From contig CAZFGR010000009.1 of the NCBI GenBank assembly GCA_964518475.1, positions 1-64,000 of the forward strand: DNA of 64,000 bases, in the 5' to 3' direction. The notes below the pieces were generated by a model. That model saw only the letters and a program-made list of their open reading frames with translations, was not told the origin of the DNA and ran no database searches. Origin of the DNA: an uncultured Nitrososphaerota archaeon. GTDB taxonomy: Archaea > Asgardarchaeota > Njordarchaeia > Njordarchaeales > Njordarchaeaceae. The position numbers were made by a program, and so were the translations under genes. Shown here piece after piece: positions 29,582 through 39,100 of the stretch (within the stretch, counting starts at the first letter, position 1; each line of letters opens with the position of its first letter).

Positions 29582-29602
29582 TTCGCGAGATCGAGGTCGA
29601 GA

Positions 29603-30028
29603 GTGTTGGCTAAGACTACGAGTGTTAAAATATCCGAGCTCACGCCCCAATCTAAGAACGTGGATTTAGTCGCCCGTGTATTGAGATTAGAGGGCGAGAA
29701 AGAGTTTACCTCAAATAGGACTGGCAAGCAACACAAACTAGCGGAATTTCTTATAGGAGACGAAACAGCTACCATAATAATGACTCTATGGGATGAGAAA
29801 ATAAAAAACGTTGAAGTAGGAAAAACCTACCAAATTTCTAACGCCTTCGTAACTGTATTCAGAGGTTCCATGCGGTTAAACGTTGGCAAATATGGGAAAA
29901 TAGAAGAAGCTACTGCAGATATTCCCGAGGAATCTATAAATACTTCTGTTAATAAGTCCAGCGAGAAAGTAAGCGTGCCTTCTAGAAGGTTTAGGAGACC
30001 GCAGAGAAGAAGACCGAGAAGGTTCTGA
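29603..30028 (+). CDS. ssb: Single OB-fold ssDNA-binding protein (crenarchaeal SSB-like) with Arg-rich tail
   Basis: KISELTP, IGDETA.I..TLWD, NAFV..FRG...LNVGKYG, tail RRFRRPQRRRPRRF. Confidence 0.88.
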   Translation: MLAKTTSVKISELTPQSKNVDLVARVLRLEGEKEFTSNRTGKQHKLAEFLIGDETATIIMTLWDEKIKNVEVGKTYQISNAFVTVFRGSMRLNVGKYGKIEEATADIPEESINTSVNKSSEKVSVPSRRFRRPQRRRPRRF

Positions 30029-30136
30029 AATATTTAGGGAATAATCAGAGAGTTTGAAGAAGTGGGTAAAAAAAAAGGAAAAATTTTTGCTTATTCTTCT
30101 TTTCATTCCTTATTTATTTTAGCACTTATTTTTTGG

Positions 30137-32047
30137 TTATTTCTCGTGCCTAATAATTGCTTTTACTGGGCATATCTGCATACATACACCACAACCTAAA
30201 CATAGATCTCTTCTTATGTAGGGTTTCTTTTTCTCCTCATCATACATAATCGCTGGGCAGTTGAAGTGCTTATAACATATTCCACAATTCACGCATTTTT
30301 CCTCTAGAACCTCGTAAACACCTCCTAACCCCGCTTTCCCTCGTAGTCTCCGCTCAGCTAGTGCGCACATATGCCTAAATACCGCTACCACAACTTTTCC
30401 TTCCTTGTACTTTCTCCAAGCTTCTTTGAAAGCTTCTTTTGCCTTATTCCAGTCCAATACTTGATCAACCTTGATAACGTAGTCCGCACCTAGAGCTTTC
30501 GCAACCTCCGCGATATCAATAATTTTCGTCTCTTCGCCCATAGCTGTAAAGCCTGTGCTTGGATCAGGCTGAAAACCAGTCATTGCTGTAATTTCGTTGT
30601 CAAGAACTACTAATATGAAGGGGTGTTTATTGAATACGGCATTCGCTAATCCTGGCATACCAGCATGGAAGAAAGTTGAATCTCCGATAAAAGCTATTAC
30701 TGGTTGATCAGTAACTTTGCTTAATCCTGAAGAAGTACCAGCACTAGAACCCATACATAGGAGAATATCTCCCATATTATATGGTGGTGAGATTCCGAGA
30801 GTCATACATCCTATGTCCGTGGGATAGATCACTTCCTCAAGTTTTACACCCAATTCTTGTAATGCTCTCTTTACAGCATAGTAAGTGGCTCTATGTGGGC
30901 ATCCAGGGCATAAAACTGGAGGCCTTCTCGGTAACTTAACTCCATATACCTCCGAAGCTGGTTCGGGAGAAACTGGTGGTACGGATCCTTTTTCTTGTCC
31001 CAATACTATTTTCAGCCCCTTCTCTATTATCTCCGGTCTTAATTCATACAAGCTTGGTAGAATATCCTTCCCATGTATTCTCGTACTCAACTCGTTTTTC
31101 TGGGCTATCGCTCTTATATCTCTCTCCATGACGGGATCTATTTCCTCTATAACTAGTACTACATCGTGGTTCTCTAGGAATTTCGCGATCTTATTCTCTG
31201 GTAACGGGTACGTGAAAGCGAGTTTTAGTATATCTGCTTCAATACCCATTCTTTTTACTTCCTCTATAGCGTAAAGGGCAGCTACTCCAGATGAAATAAT
31301 ACCGAATCTTCCAATTTTAGGAGAACTTCCTTCAAGGCTTATTACCTTGTTAAGATCGGATTCCTCGGCTAGTTTTCGCGCCTCCTCTAATCTCTTCAAG
31401 AGTATTGCATGGTTTCTTCTAGCGTTTGCTGGCACAACAACATATCGTCGAGGATCTTTCTCAAACTTGCCTTTTCTAATGGGTTCTTTCGCTGGACCAA
31501 AAGTTACAATTCCTCGCGCATGCGATATGCGTGTAGTGGTCCGAATCATAACTGGTAAGTTTACCCGCTCAGATATTTCATATCCCTTAACGGTAATATC
31601 CTTTGCCTCTTGTGGAGAAGAAGGCTCTAGCATTACAAAATTATATATCCTCGCCAAGTTTCTGTTGTCTTGCTCATTTTGTGAGCTATGAGCGTGTGGA
31701 TCATCCGCCGAGACAAAGACGAAGCCCGCGTTAGTGCCTATATATACTGAAGTAGCTAAGGCATCTGCGGCGACGTTTATTCCTACGTGCTTAGCTGCAA
31801 AGAAGGATCTAACCCCTGCTACGGATGCGGCAAAAGCAGCTTCATAGGCTACGATTTCGTTTGTTGAGAACTCAACATATATCCCTGCTTCCTTCGCGGC
31901 ATCTGCTAGTGCCTCAATTATTTCTGTACTTGGTGTTCCTGGATAAGCCGCAACAAAACCTACTCCTGCCTCGATAACCCCGCGAGCTATTGCTTCATTC
32001 CCTAGAAGGAGCTTCTTCTCGCCTGGTAATCCAATTATTGTAGGCAT
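30137..32047 (-). CDS. iorA: Indolepyruvate:ferredoxin oxidoreductase alpha subunit
   Basis: LLGNEAIARG, YPGTPSTE, SSQNEQD, LCPGCPH, IGDSTFFH, two C-terminal ferredoxin motifs. Confidence 0.96.
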   Translation of the reverse strand: MPTIIGLPGEKKLLLGNEAIARGVIEAGVGFVAAYPGTPSTEIIEALADAAKEAGIYVEFSTNEIVAYEAAFAASVAGVRSFFAAKHVGINVAADALATSVYIGTNAGFVFVSADDPHAHSSQNEQDNRNLARIYNFVMLEPSSPQEAKDITVKGYEISERVNLPVMIRTTTRISHARGIVTFGPAKEPIRKGKFEKDPRRYVVVPANARRNHAILLKRLEEARKLAEESDLNKVISLEGSSPKIGRFGIISSGVAALYAIEEVKRMGIEADILKLAFTYPLPENKIAKFLENHDVVLVIEEIDPVMERDIRAIAQKNELSTRIHGKDILPSLYELRPEIIEKGLKIVLGQEKGSVPPVSPEPASEVYGVKLPRRPPVLCPGCPHRATYYAVKRALQELGVKLEEVIYPTDIGCMTLGISPPYNMGDILLCMGSSAGTSSGLSKVTDQPVIAFIGDSTFFHAGMPGLANAVFNKHPFILVVLDNEITAMTGFQPDPSTGFTAMGEETKIIDIAEVAKALGADYVIKVDQVLDWNKAKEAFKEAWRKYKEGKVVVAVFRHMCALAERRLRGKAGLGGVYEVLEEKCVNCGICYKHFNCPAIMYDEEKKKPYIRRDLCLGCGVCMQICPVKAIIRHEK

Positions 32048-32083
32048 TAAAATTCACCTTAGCTCGATACCCTATCTTTAAGA

Positions 32084-33541
32084 ATGGATGACAATATTTT
32101 AACTATGGCATATTTATACACAGCATCTCTAATATTGCGAGTGGTGAGTCTTTTGCGCAAAACAAAAATTATTGCAACTTTAGGCCCGTCAAGCATGGAG
32201 GAAGATATCGTAACCCTTATGGCTAGAAGAGGTGCTGATGCTTTTAGGTTAAATTTCTCGCACGGAACACTTGAGGAAAAAGAGATAATGATAAAAATGA
32301 TTCGAAAGGCTGAGGAGAAAGTAGAGAAGTTTATACCAATTATAGCCGATCTTAGAGGACCAACTATTAGACTTGGCGTAGTTGATAATGATTACTACGT
32401 TAACAAAGGAGATAGCGTATCTCTGATTAATTCGGAAAAGGGATATTCTGGAAACAAAGAGATACCAGTTCCTTTCAAAGAAGTTTTCTCAGTTCTGGAA
32501 GAAGGTGATATTTTACTCATAGATGATGGTAAGGTTCGTATTAGAGTAGAGAAAATGGTAGGAGAAAGAGTAGTAGGTACGGTATTATCTGAGGGTAAGA
32601 TTCGCTCTAGAGTAACCTTTATTGTACAGGGTAAGGAACCACCCCTTCCAGCACTTACGGATAAAGATAAGAAAGATGTAATGTTTTGTATTAAGCATGG
32701 AGTTGAGTTCTTTGCTCTCTCCTTTGTAAGGACTCGAGAAGATGTAAAGGAACTGAGAGATTTTCTGGATGATCATGGAGCATCCTATGCTAAAATAATT
32801 TCGAAAATCGAGACAAAATCTGCAGTTAGTCATCTTGACGAGATAATTGATCAAAGCGATGGAGTAATGATAGCTAGAGGAGACCTAGGGATGCATTTTC
32901 CCTTGGAAGAAATTCCTTATATACAGGAGAGAATCGCTAAGAGGTGCTTAGAGAAAGGGAAATTATCTATCTTAGCCACACAAATTCTCGAGTCAATGAC
33001 AGAGAATCCCATGCCTACTAGGGCTGAGGTCGCGGATGTGTATACTGCTGTGCGAGAAGGCATTGGAGCTCTTATGCTTTCTGCGGAAACAGCTATAGGA
33101 AAATACCCCGTAGAAGCTGTTTCTTGGCTGGACTCTATTCTAAAACATGCAGAGGAGAGAATCTCACCTCCGAGAGTAGAGGGTATTGGAGAAACGATTT
33201 ATGATAAGTTCGCAAAGGGTCTAGTGTTGCTAGCTGAATCAATAAATGCCTATATCTTAGCATACACAAAAGGCGGCGTAACCGCGAATAGAATATCTAG
33301 GTATAGACCAAAAGTACAAGCATATATAGCTACGTCGGACAAATCCGTTGCGAGGCAAGTTAACTTGTTATGGGGCTTAACTCCAGTACTTACGCAGGAA
33401 ACCGATTTACAAAAAGCTCTTAGTGAAGTTTTTGAAGATCTTAGGGCTCGAGGAATTTTCAAGAAGGGGGACATAGTAATAATTACTGTAGGTATGAGAG
33501 AGGGAACAACCGATCTAGCCCGTATAGAAATCCTTGAATGA
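32084..33541 (+). CDS. pyk: Pyruvate kinase (true start probably about 20 codons downstream)
   Basis: RKTKIIATLGPS, RLNFSHG, KIET, MIARGDLG, ATQILESM, PTRAE, MLSAETAIGKYP. Confidence 0.97.
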   Translation: MDDNILTMAYLYTASLILRVVSLLRKTKIIATLGPSSMEEDIVTLMARRGADAFRLNFSHGTLEEKEIMIKMIRKAEEKVEKFIPIIADLRGPTIRLGVVDNDYYVNKGDSVSLINSEKGYSGNKEIPVPFKEVFSVLEEGDILLIDDGKVRIRVEKMVGERVVGTVLSEGKIRSRVTFIVQGKEPPLPALTDKDKKDVMFCIKHGVEFFALSFVRTREDVKELRDFLDDHGASYAKIISKIETKSAVSHLDEIIDQSDGVMIARGDLGMHFPLEEIPYIQERIAKRCLEKGKLSILATQILESMTENPMPTRAEVADVYTAVREGIGALMLSAETAIGKYPVEAVSWLDSILKHAEERISPPRVEGIGETIYDKFAKGLVLLAESINAYILAYTKGGVTANRISRYRPKVQAYIATSDKSVARQVNLLWGLTPVLTQETDLQKALSEVFEDLRARGIFKKGDIVIITVGMREGTTDLARIEILE

Positions 33542-33579
33542 ATTTTTTTCTACAATCTCCTCCTTTTTATTCCCAAGCC

Positions 33580-33987
33580 TCATTTCATTTTCTTAAGTAG
33601 ATGTTGAAAAGAGAGGCCCGTATTGGGATTCGCATTTACTTTTTCTGTATCTGGTAAGATTGCGTAGAAGCGCCAGACACCACCATCGAACCTGACAGAT
33701 AACCATGCCTCAGCACTGATATTTTCTTTCTGCATAGCATCAAGCCACATTATCAGGTTATCAAAATCTTTCCTGTAGTAATATGCATGGCTCTTGCAAC
33801 GCTTTACCTCAAAACCATATAGTACTCCATTGGAAACTGCTAATACGTCGGGAAGAGGTTGGGAGATACCACTAACGGGTATTCTAGTAACCCAGATACC
33901 CCTTTCGCGTAGTTTTCTAACCAATTCTCTTTCGGTCTCAAATCCTTTTCTACGTCGACTTTTAAGCGAAGACACAGACAACACCAC
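33580..33987 (-). CDS. hjc: Archaeal Holliday junction resolvase
   Basis: KG..ERELV..L, R.P.SG, PDVLA, FEVK. Confidence 0.85.
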   Translation of the reverse strand: MVLSVSSLKSRRRKGFETERELVRKLRERGIWVTRIPVSGISQPLPDVLAVSNGVLYGFEVKRCKSHAYYYRKDFDNLIMWLDAMQKENISAEAWLSVRFDGGVWRFYAILPDTEKVNANPNTGLSFQHLLKKMK

Positions 33988-34128
33988 TCTTGCCTATTAA
34001 TACTTCTCATAGTTAGTACTTTATATATCAATGGGTTATCCTTTAAAAGAGACCTTCAAAATACGCATTTTTATATGTATGAGAATGTAAGGTGATTTTG
34101 CGGTAGATTACTGGTTGAGTGAAGTATT

Positions 34129-35493
34129 ATGGAGAAAAACTATGATGTTATAATTGTGGGGGCAGGTCCTTCTGGAATATTCGCAGCATTAGAAATTATC
34201 AAAAATGCGCCAGATAAATTATCACTCCTAATCGTCGAGAAGGGTCCAGACATCGATAAACGCATCAAGGAAAAGCAGTTCCTATCTGGTTGGGGCGGTG
34301 CTGGAGCGTTTAGTGATGGTAAAATTACCTTAAGCCCAGATGTTGGGGGATGGCTAACCGATATTCTTCCCTGGCGAGAGGTGGAGAAACTTATCGATTA
34401 TGTAGATTCTATCTGGGCGGAGTTATCTCCTGAAGCAACTTATTACCCGTTCGATGAGGACGCTGTAGCAGAGTTAGAGACTCGGGCTCGTAAAGCGCAC
34501 CTTAAGTTGATACCTTATAAAATTCGGCATTTAGGATCCGATAATGCTCCTAAAGCGCTAAAGCGGGCCAAGAAAATAATAGAACGTCACGCTAAAATAC
34601 TGCTGGAGTGCGGAGCTGATAAAATTCTTGTTGAGGACAATAAAGCTAAAGGTATCGTTCTTGAGGATGGTCAAGTTGTCTATGGGAAATATATTATCAT
34701 AGCCCCTGGCCGATACGGAGCTTCTTGGTTAATGCGAGAGATGCAGCGTTTAAACGTTGGACTAAAAATAAATCCCGTGGATATAGGAGTGCGCGTGGAG
34801 ATAAATCACGAAGTAATGGATGAAATAACGCAGATTCTGTATGAGCCAAAGTTCTTGTATTATTCTCCTACGTACGATGATGTGGTCAGAACATTTTGTG
34901 TGAATCCCAGAGGCTTCGTTATTACTGAGAAATATGAGGATGTTATAACGACTAATGGTCACTCATACGAGTCTAAGAAAAGCGATAACACAAACTTTGC
35001 TCTACTAATAAGTTCACGTTTCACCGAACCGTTCAAGGATCCAATTTCTTACGGAAAGCATATTGCCAGACTTGCTAATCTCCTAAGCGGAGGTCGTGTC
35101 CTTATCCAGAGATTAGGGGACTTGAAGAGAGGCAGACGAAGCACGCCCGAGAGAATCCAAAGATCAATTGTGGAACCAACTTTAGAAATCGCTGTTCCCG
35201 GTGATATTAGTTATGTACTACCTCACAGACATCTCGTTGGAATACTAGAAGCACTTAGAGCACTTGATGCTGTTACGCCAGGGATCTTCAGCGATCACAC
35301 CCTCTTATACGTCACCGAAGTCAAGTTTTATTCTTCCAGAGTGGATATCACACCAGAAATGGAGACTAAGGCCGTGAGGAATCTATTCACCATAGGAGAT
35401 GGTGCAGGTATAAGTCGAGGCCTAGCACAGGCTAGCGCTACTGGAGTAATCGCCGCTAGAACAATATTACGTAGAGAGAGATTACTAAAATAA
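34129..35493 (+). CDS. FAD-dependent oxidoreductase (COG2509-like)
   Basis: GAGPSG, GWGGAGAFSDGK, RTFC.NP.G.V, NGHS, EVKFYS, GDGAG.SRG. Confidence 0.88.
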   Translation: MEKNYDVIIVGAGPSGIFAALEIIKNAPDKLSLLIVEKGPDIDKRIKEKQFLSGWGGAGAFSDGKITLSPDVGGWLTDILPWREVEKLIDYVDSIWAELSPEATYYPFDEDAVAELETRARKAHLKLIPYKIRHLGSDNAPKALKRAKKIIERHAKILLECGADKILVEDNKAKGIVLEDGQVVYGKYIIIAPGRYGASWLMREMQRLNVGLKINPVDIGVRVEINHEVMDEITQILYEPKFLYYSPTYDDVVRTFCVNPRGFVITEKYEDVITTNGHSYESKKSDNTNFALLISSRFTEPFKDPISYGKHIARLANLLSGGRVLIQRLGDLKRGRRSTPERIQRSIVEPTLEIAVPGDISYVLPHRHLVGILEALRALDAVTPGIFSDHTLLYVTEVKFYSSRVDITPEMETKAVRNLFTIGDGAGISRGLAQASATGVIAARTILRRERLLK

Positions 35494-36123
35494 TTATGTG
35501 AGCCTTAGGAGTTTTCTCTTTATTTTTTTAAAAACAGAATATCTTCCCCCATAAGGAATTGTTAATCCCTTTCTTATAGCGTCTAAAACATCTTCTGGGG
35601 AGGATATAGAAGCATTTATTATTGTGTATGCATATCCCATCTCTTCTACCATGTGAGCATCACTACCAGCTACCATAGGGATCCCCCGTTTCTCAGCTAA
35701 TCTCCTCGCTTTCTTGTTGAAGAAGTCAAAAATGCTTCCCGAGTTTATTACTTCTATAGCGTCGGCAGGAATATCCCAAGCTAATCTCCGAATACCGTTT
35801 CTCAAGAAATCGAAGGGGTGCGGTATTATAATTAGTGCATCTATTTCTTTTGCGTAATCAATTATCTCCCATATGTCAGAGTTCTTGGGAGGAGCCTCCT
35901 CTACATCTAGAAGAATTATGTGACCTTGTTTACTCGAAACTTCTACCCCTCTAATCACTATAAACCCATCATCAAAAACAATATTCTTTTTCACCGTGAT
36001 TATGTCGTGATCCGTCACTGCTATCCCGTTTAAACCAATCTTTCGCGCATACCTTATTATTTCTTCTAATGAATTAAAGCCGTCAGATGCTTCCGTATGC
36101 ACGTGAAAATCTATCCGAAACAT
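35494..36123 (-). CDS. PHP-family metal-dependent phosphoesterase
   Basis: DFHVHT.ASDG, TDHD, GVE, PHPF, GSDAH. Confidence 0.9.
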   Translation of the reverse strand: MFRIDFHVHTEASDGFNSLEEIIRYARKIGLNGIAVTDHDIITVKKNIVFDDGFIVIRGVEVSSKQGHIILLDVEEAPPKNSDIWEIIDYAKEIDALIIIPHPFDFLRNGIRRLAWDIPADAIEVINSGSIFDFFNKKARRLAEKRGIPMVAGSDAHMVEEMGYAYTIINASISSPEDVLDAIRKGLTIPYGGRYSVFKKIKRKLLRLT

Positions 36124-36190
36124 CTTTTTGCCTCCTTTTATCTACGAGCGAAGAATCAATTATCAAACGAGAATTCTCTAGGGACTAAGT

Positions 36191-39100
36191 ATGTATCCAA
36201 GAATTCTGAAAATATTATCAATTTTATGCCTCATCGCGCTAATCATATCCGTCCCAGGGATTAAACAATACAGCATAAACTGTAATATTCAAGCAAGCCC
36301 TACCGTAATGGATAGTAGTTGGTTAGATGGAGAAAGTATAAGCGTGTTACTGGTAAGGACTAGCTATCTTCTTCCTCAGAAATTATTAATCTCGAAAGGC
36401 ACGGTGATATCGGGATCAATTTATTCCCTTTATACCCAATCCGACTCTCTCCTCATAAAAGCTTCGAACAATGAGTGGCTCGTTTATCTAGAATTTAGCA
36501 ATTTTGAAGGTGGAGAACTAGAAGTTCTTGCCAAGATCTACATTAATGATTCATCAACAAACACTATTTATGAAACAACAGCTTTCCTTTCCATACATGT
36601 ATATGATTCATCTACAGGCCTTTTCTTTGAATTAGGGCCTGCGGATGGAAGAATATATCATCTTGATCCCTGGCTATCTACTCATGACAAAAAATTAATT
36701 ATCAAGTTTACAGGCTTAATGACTTCGTCACTACCATCTGGCATGTATTATTACGCGAACATATCCGTAGCAAGAATAAAACCAGATCTAAAAAGAACCG
36801 TTGTTCCAAGTGAGTATAGATACATAGACTCCCAAAACGTCATCCATAAGGTCTCAATTACGGTCGACGAACCAAACATGAAAATTATCTTAGAAAACAT
36901 CTCGATTTGGTGGAAATTCCTATACTCTGAGCCCAAGATAAAACTTAATTATACAGAGAGGAGCTTTGTCGCTAAAACGTCTGGAGTTTATACCTTATTC
37001 TTTGTTAGTCATAATAGATGGCAGTATCCGAGCTATATCCAGTCCCAATTAATTTTAGTAGATTCTCGAGGACGATACCTCTCGCTGGATTACTTCAGAG
37101 TTTTTTACCGATTCATTATGCAGAGTTATCAGGAGAACTCTTCTAGGCCAGCTTTTTTCCGAGTGTTGACAGTTACTAATCCGTACAGTTTTGACCTCAT
37201 AAATTATAGGTTGAGGATCGAGCTTAATCAGAGCAACTTCAACTTCTTTTCGGTGAGACCAGATCTATTAGACATGTTCTTTGTAAAAGCTTCTGAGATA
37301 CCACATTACATCGACTTATGGGATGGTGAAAAAGCAATAATCTATGTGAAAGCGAATATAACTGCGGGGAGTAATAACGTTACAATGTATTATGGAGCCA
37401 GAGGCCTGGTTACGAGTCAAGATCCATGGGCGGGAAATGACTTCATAATAATTGATGATTTCAATTATGCCTCAGAATTATTAAGCAAGAACTGGACCGT
37501 TCTCTCGGGTAGCTGGAGTACTTCAAGTAGCCAGCTGTACAATACTCAGCAAAACGATTATGCCACCATACGTACGAAACTGAGAATCCCTCCATACGTC
37601 TCAATAACGTTTGGGACATTGGAGCTGACACCGTCTTCGGCTACATCCCAATATCTCGGCTTACATGCTGTCGATTTAATAGTCTTTGGATTAAATAGTA
37701 GCACATACTTTGTTGTGGAATTCAGACAGGCAAGTTCAAGTTCCTCCCTATACAACATAAAATTGATTGAAGTCGTAAACGGCGTCAGAGTTCTCGAGAC
37801 ACAGCCAATAACTAACCAAAGAGATACTACCATATTCACAACACTCACAATAACTGCTTACATAGACTTCTCGCAAAACCTCGTGAACGTCACATTCCGA
37901 GAATTAGGAACTTCACTGACCCTCTCACCCTCAATAAACCTTAATACATCTGGATTGGGATTCGTGGGAATAAGATCTGCTAATGGGTCAATATTCCTAG
38001 ATCGCTTCACGGTTAAGTATCTCGCGCTATTAAACGTAACACTCTCTCTTGGAGAGGAGGAAATAAATCCTACGGGAATCTCCCAGACTATAATCTCGGA
38101 TTATGAGAGAGCATATAGTCCATATATAACCGTTCCAAGAGACTGCCTCTTAAACATAGTTATTCAGGACCCCTTTAACACCACTTTATTAAACAAGACT
38201 CTAATCCCAGAGGATACTATCCCGATAATCCTCCAAGTCTATAGCTTCAAAATAAAGAATAATCGAGACGATATTTTCGTGCATATCAAACTCTCGAAGT
38301 CTGGGACCCCATTCGTATGGAGTGAGTGGTTAGCTCCAGGAGAAGTAGCCGAGTATCTGTTAAGTGGGGGAGAATATTCCCTAGAGCTACAGTATCCCTC
38401 TGGGGAAACCGCCTTCTTTGACAGACTCACAGTCAGTGATGATGTGTACTTCATGATTAATGGGACGGTATTAGGGGACGTAATCGCTCAATTGACAAGG
38501 GTTAACGAGACTTTAGTCAACCAGATTTACAAGATCGATATACGACTCTCAAATCTCAACTCAACAATACAAAATCAAACCGTAGAGCTAAGCTTGCACA
38601 TAGAGAATATAAACACGACTATCTCAGAGTTTTTCACCACAATAAGGAATAATCTAACGGCAATAGAATCCAACATATCCAGTATTCTCTACAACATAAG
38701 TAACCGGATCGAGAGTGTTCAAAGCATCATAGAATTTGTCAATACTACCATACTAAACAACCTCACAGAGATAAACTCCACGATCACGGGCGTCCTTATA
38801 AACTTTAGAGAAAACGTGACAATTCTGTTAACTAATATAAGTAAAATAGAGCTCAATACTACACAGAATATCTTTCTCGTCAACTCATCAATCCACAGAT
38901 TACTAGAAATATTAAATTCAGAGATCATAGGTCTTAACTCATCAATTGATACGATATTCTTGAACTTAACTAATAAGCTCTTAGCAATAAACTCTAGTAT
39001 TGGGAGACTTTACATCAATATTAGTAGCCAGATAATCACCATGAATACAACTCTTTCAAAATTCTTGGTAAACATTCTCAATAGTATTGAGCAAGTCAAT

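Noticed and set aside
29533-29775. Minus-strand 80-aa ORF over the ssb leader
   Set aside because: Antisense to ssb; kept open by the GC-rich hairpins.
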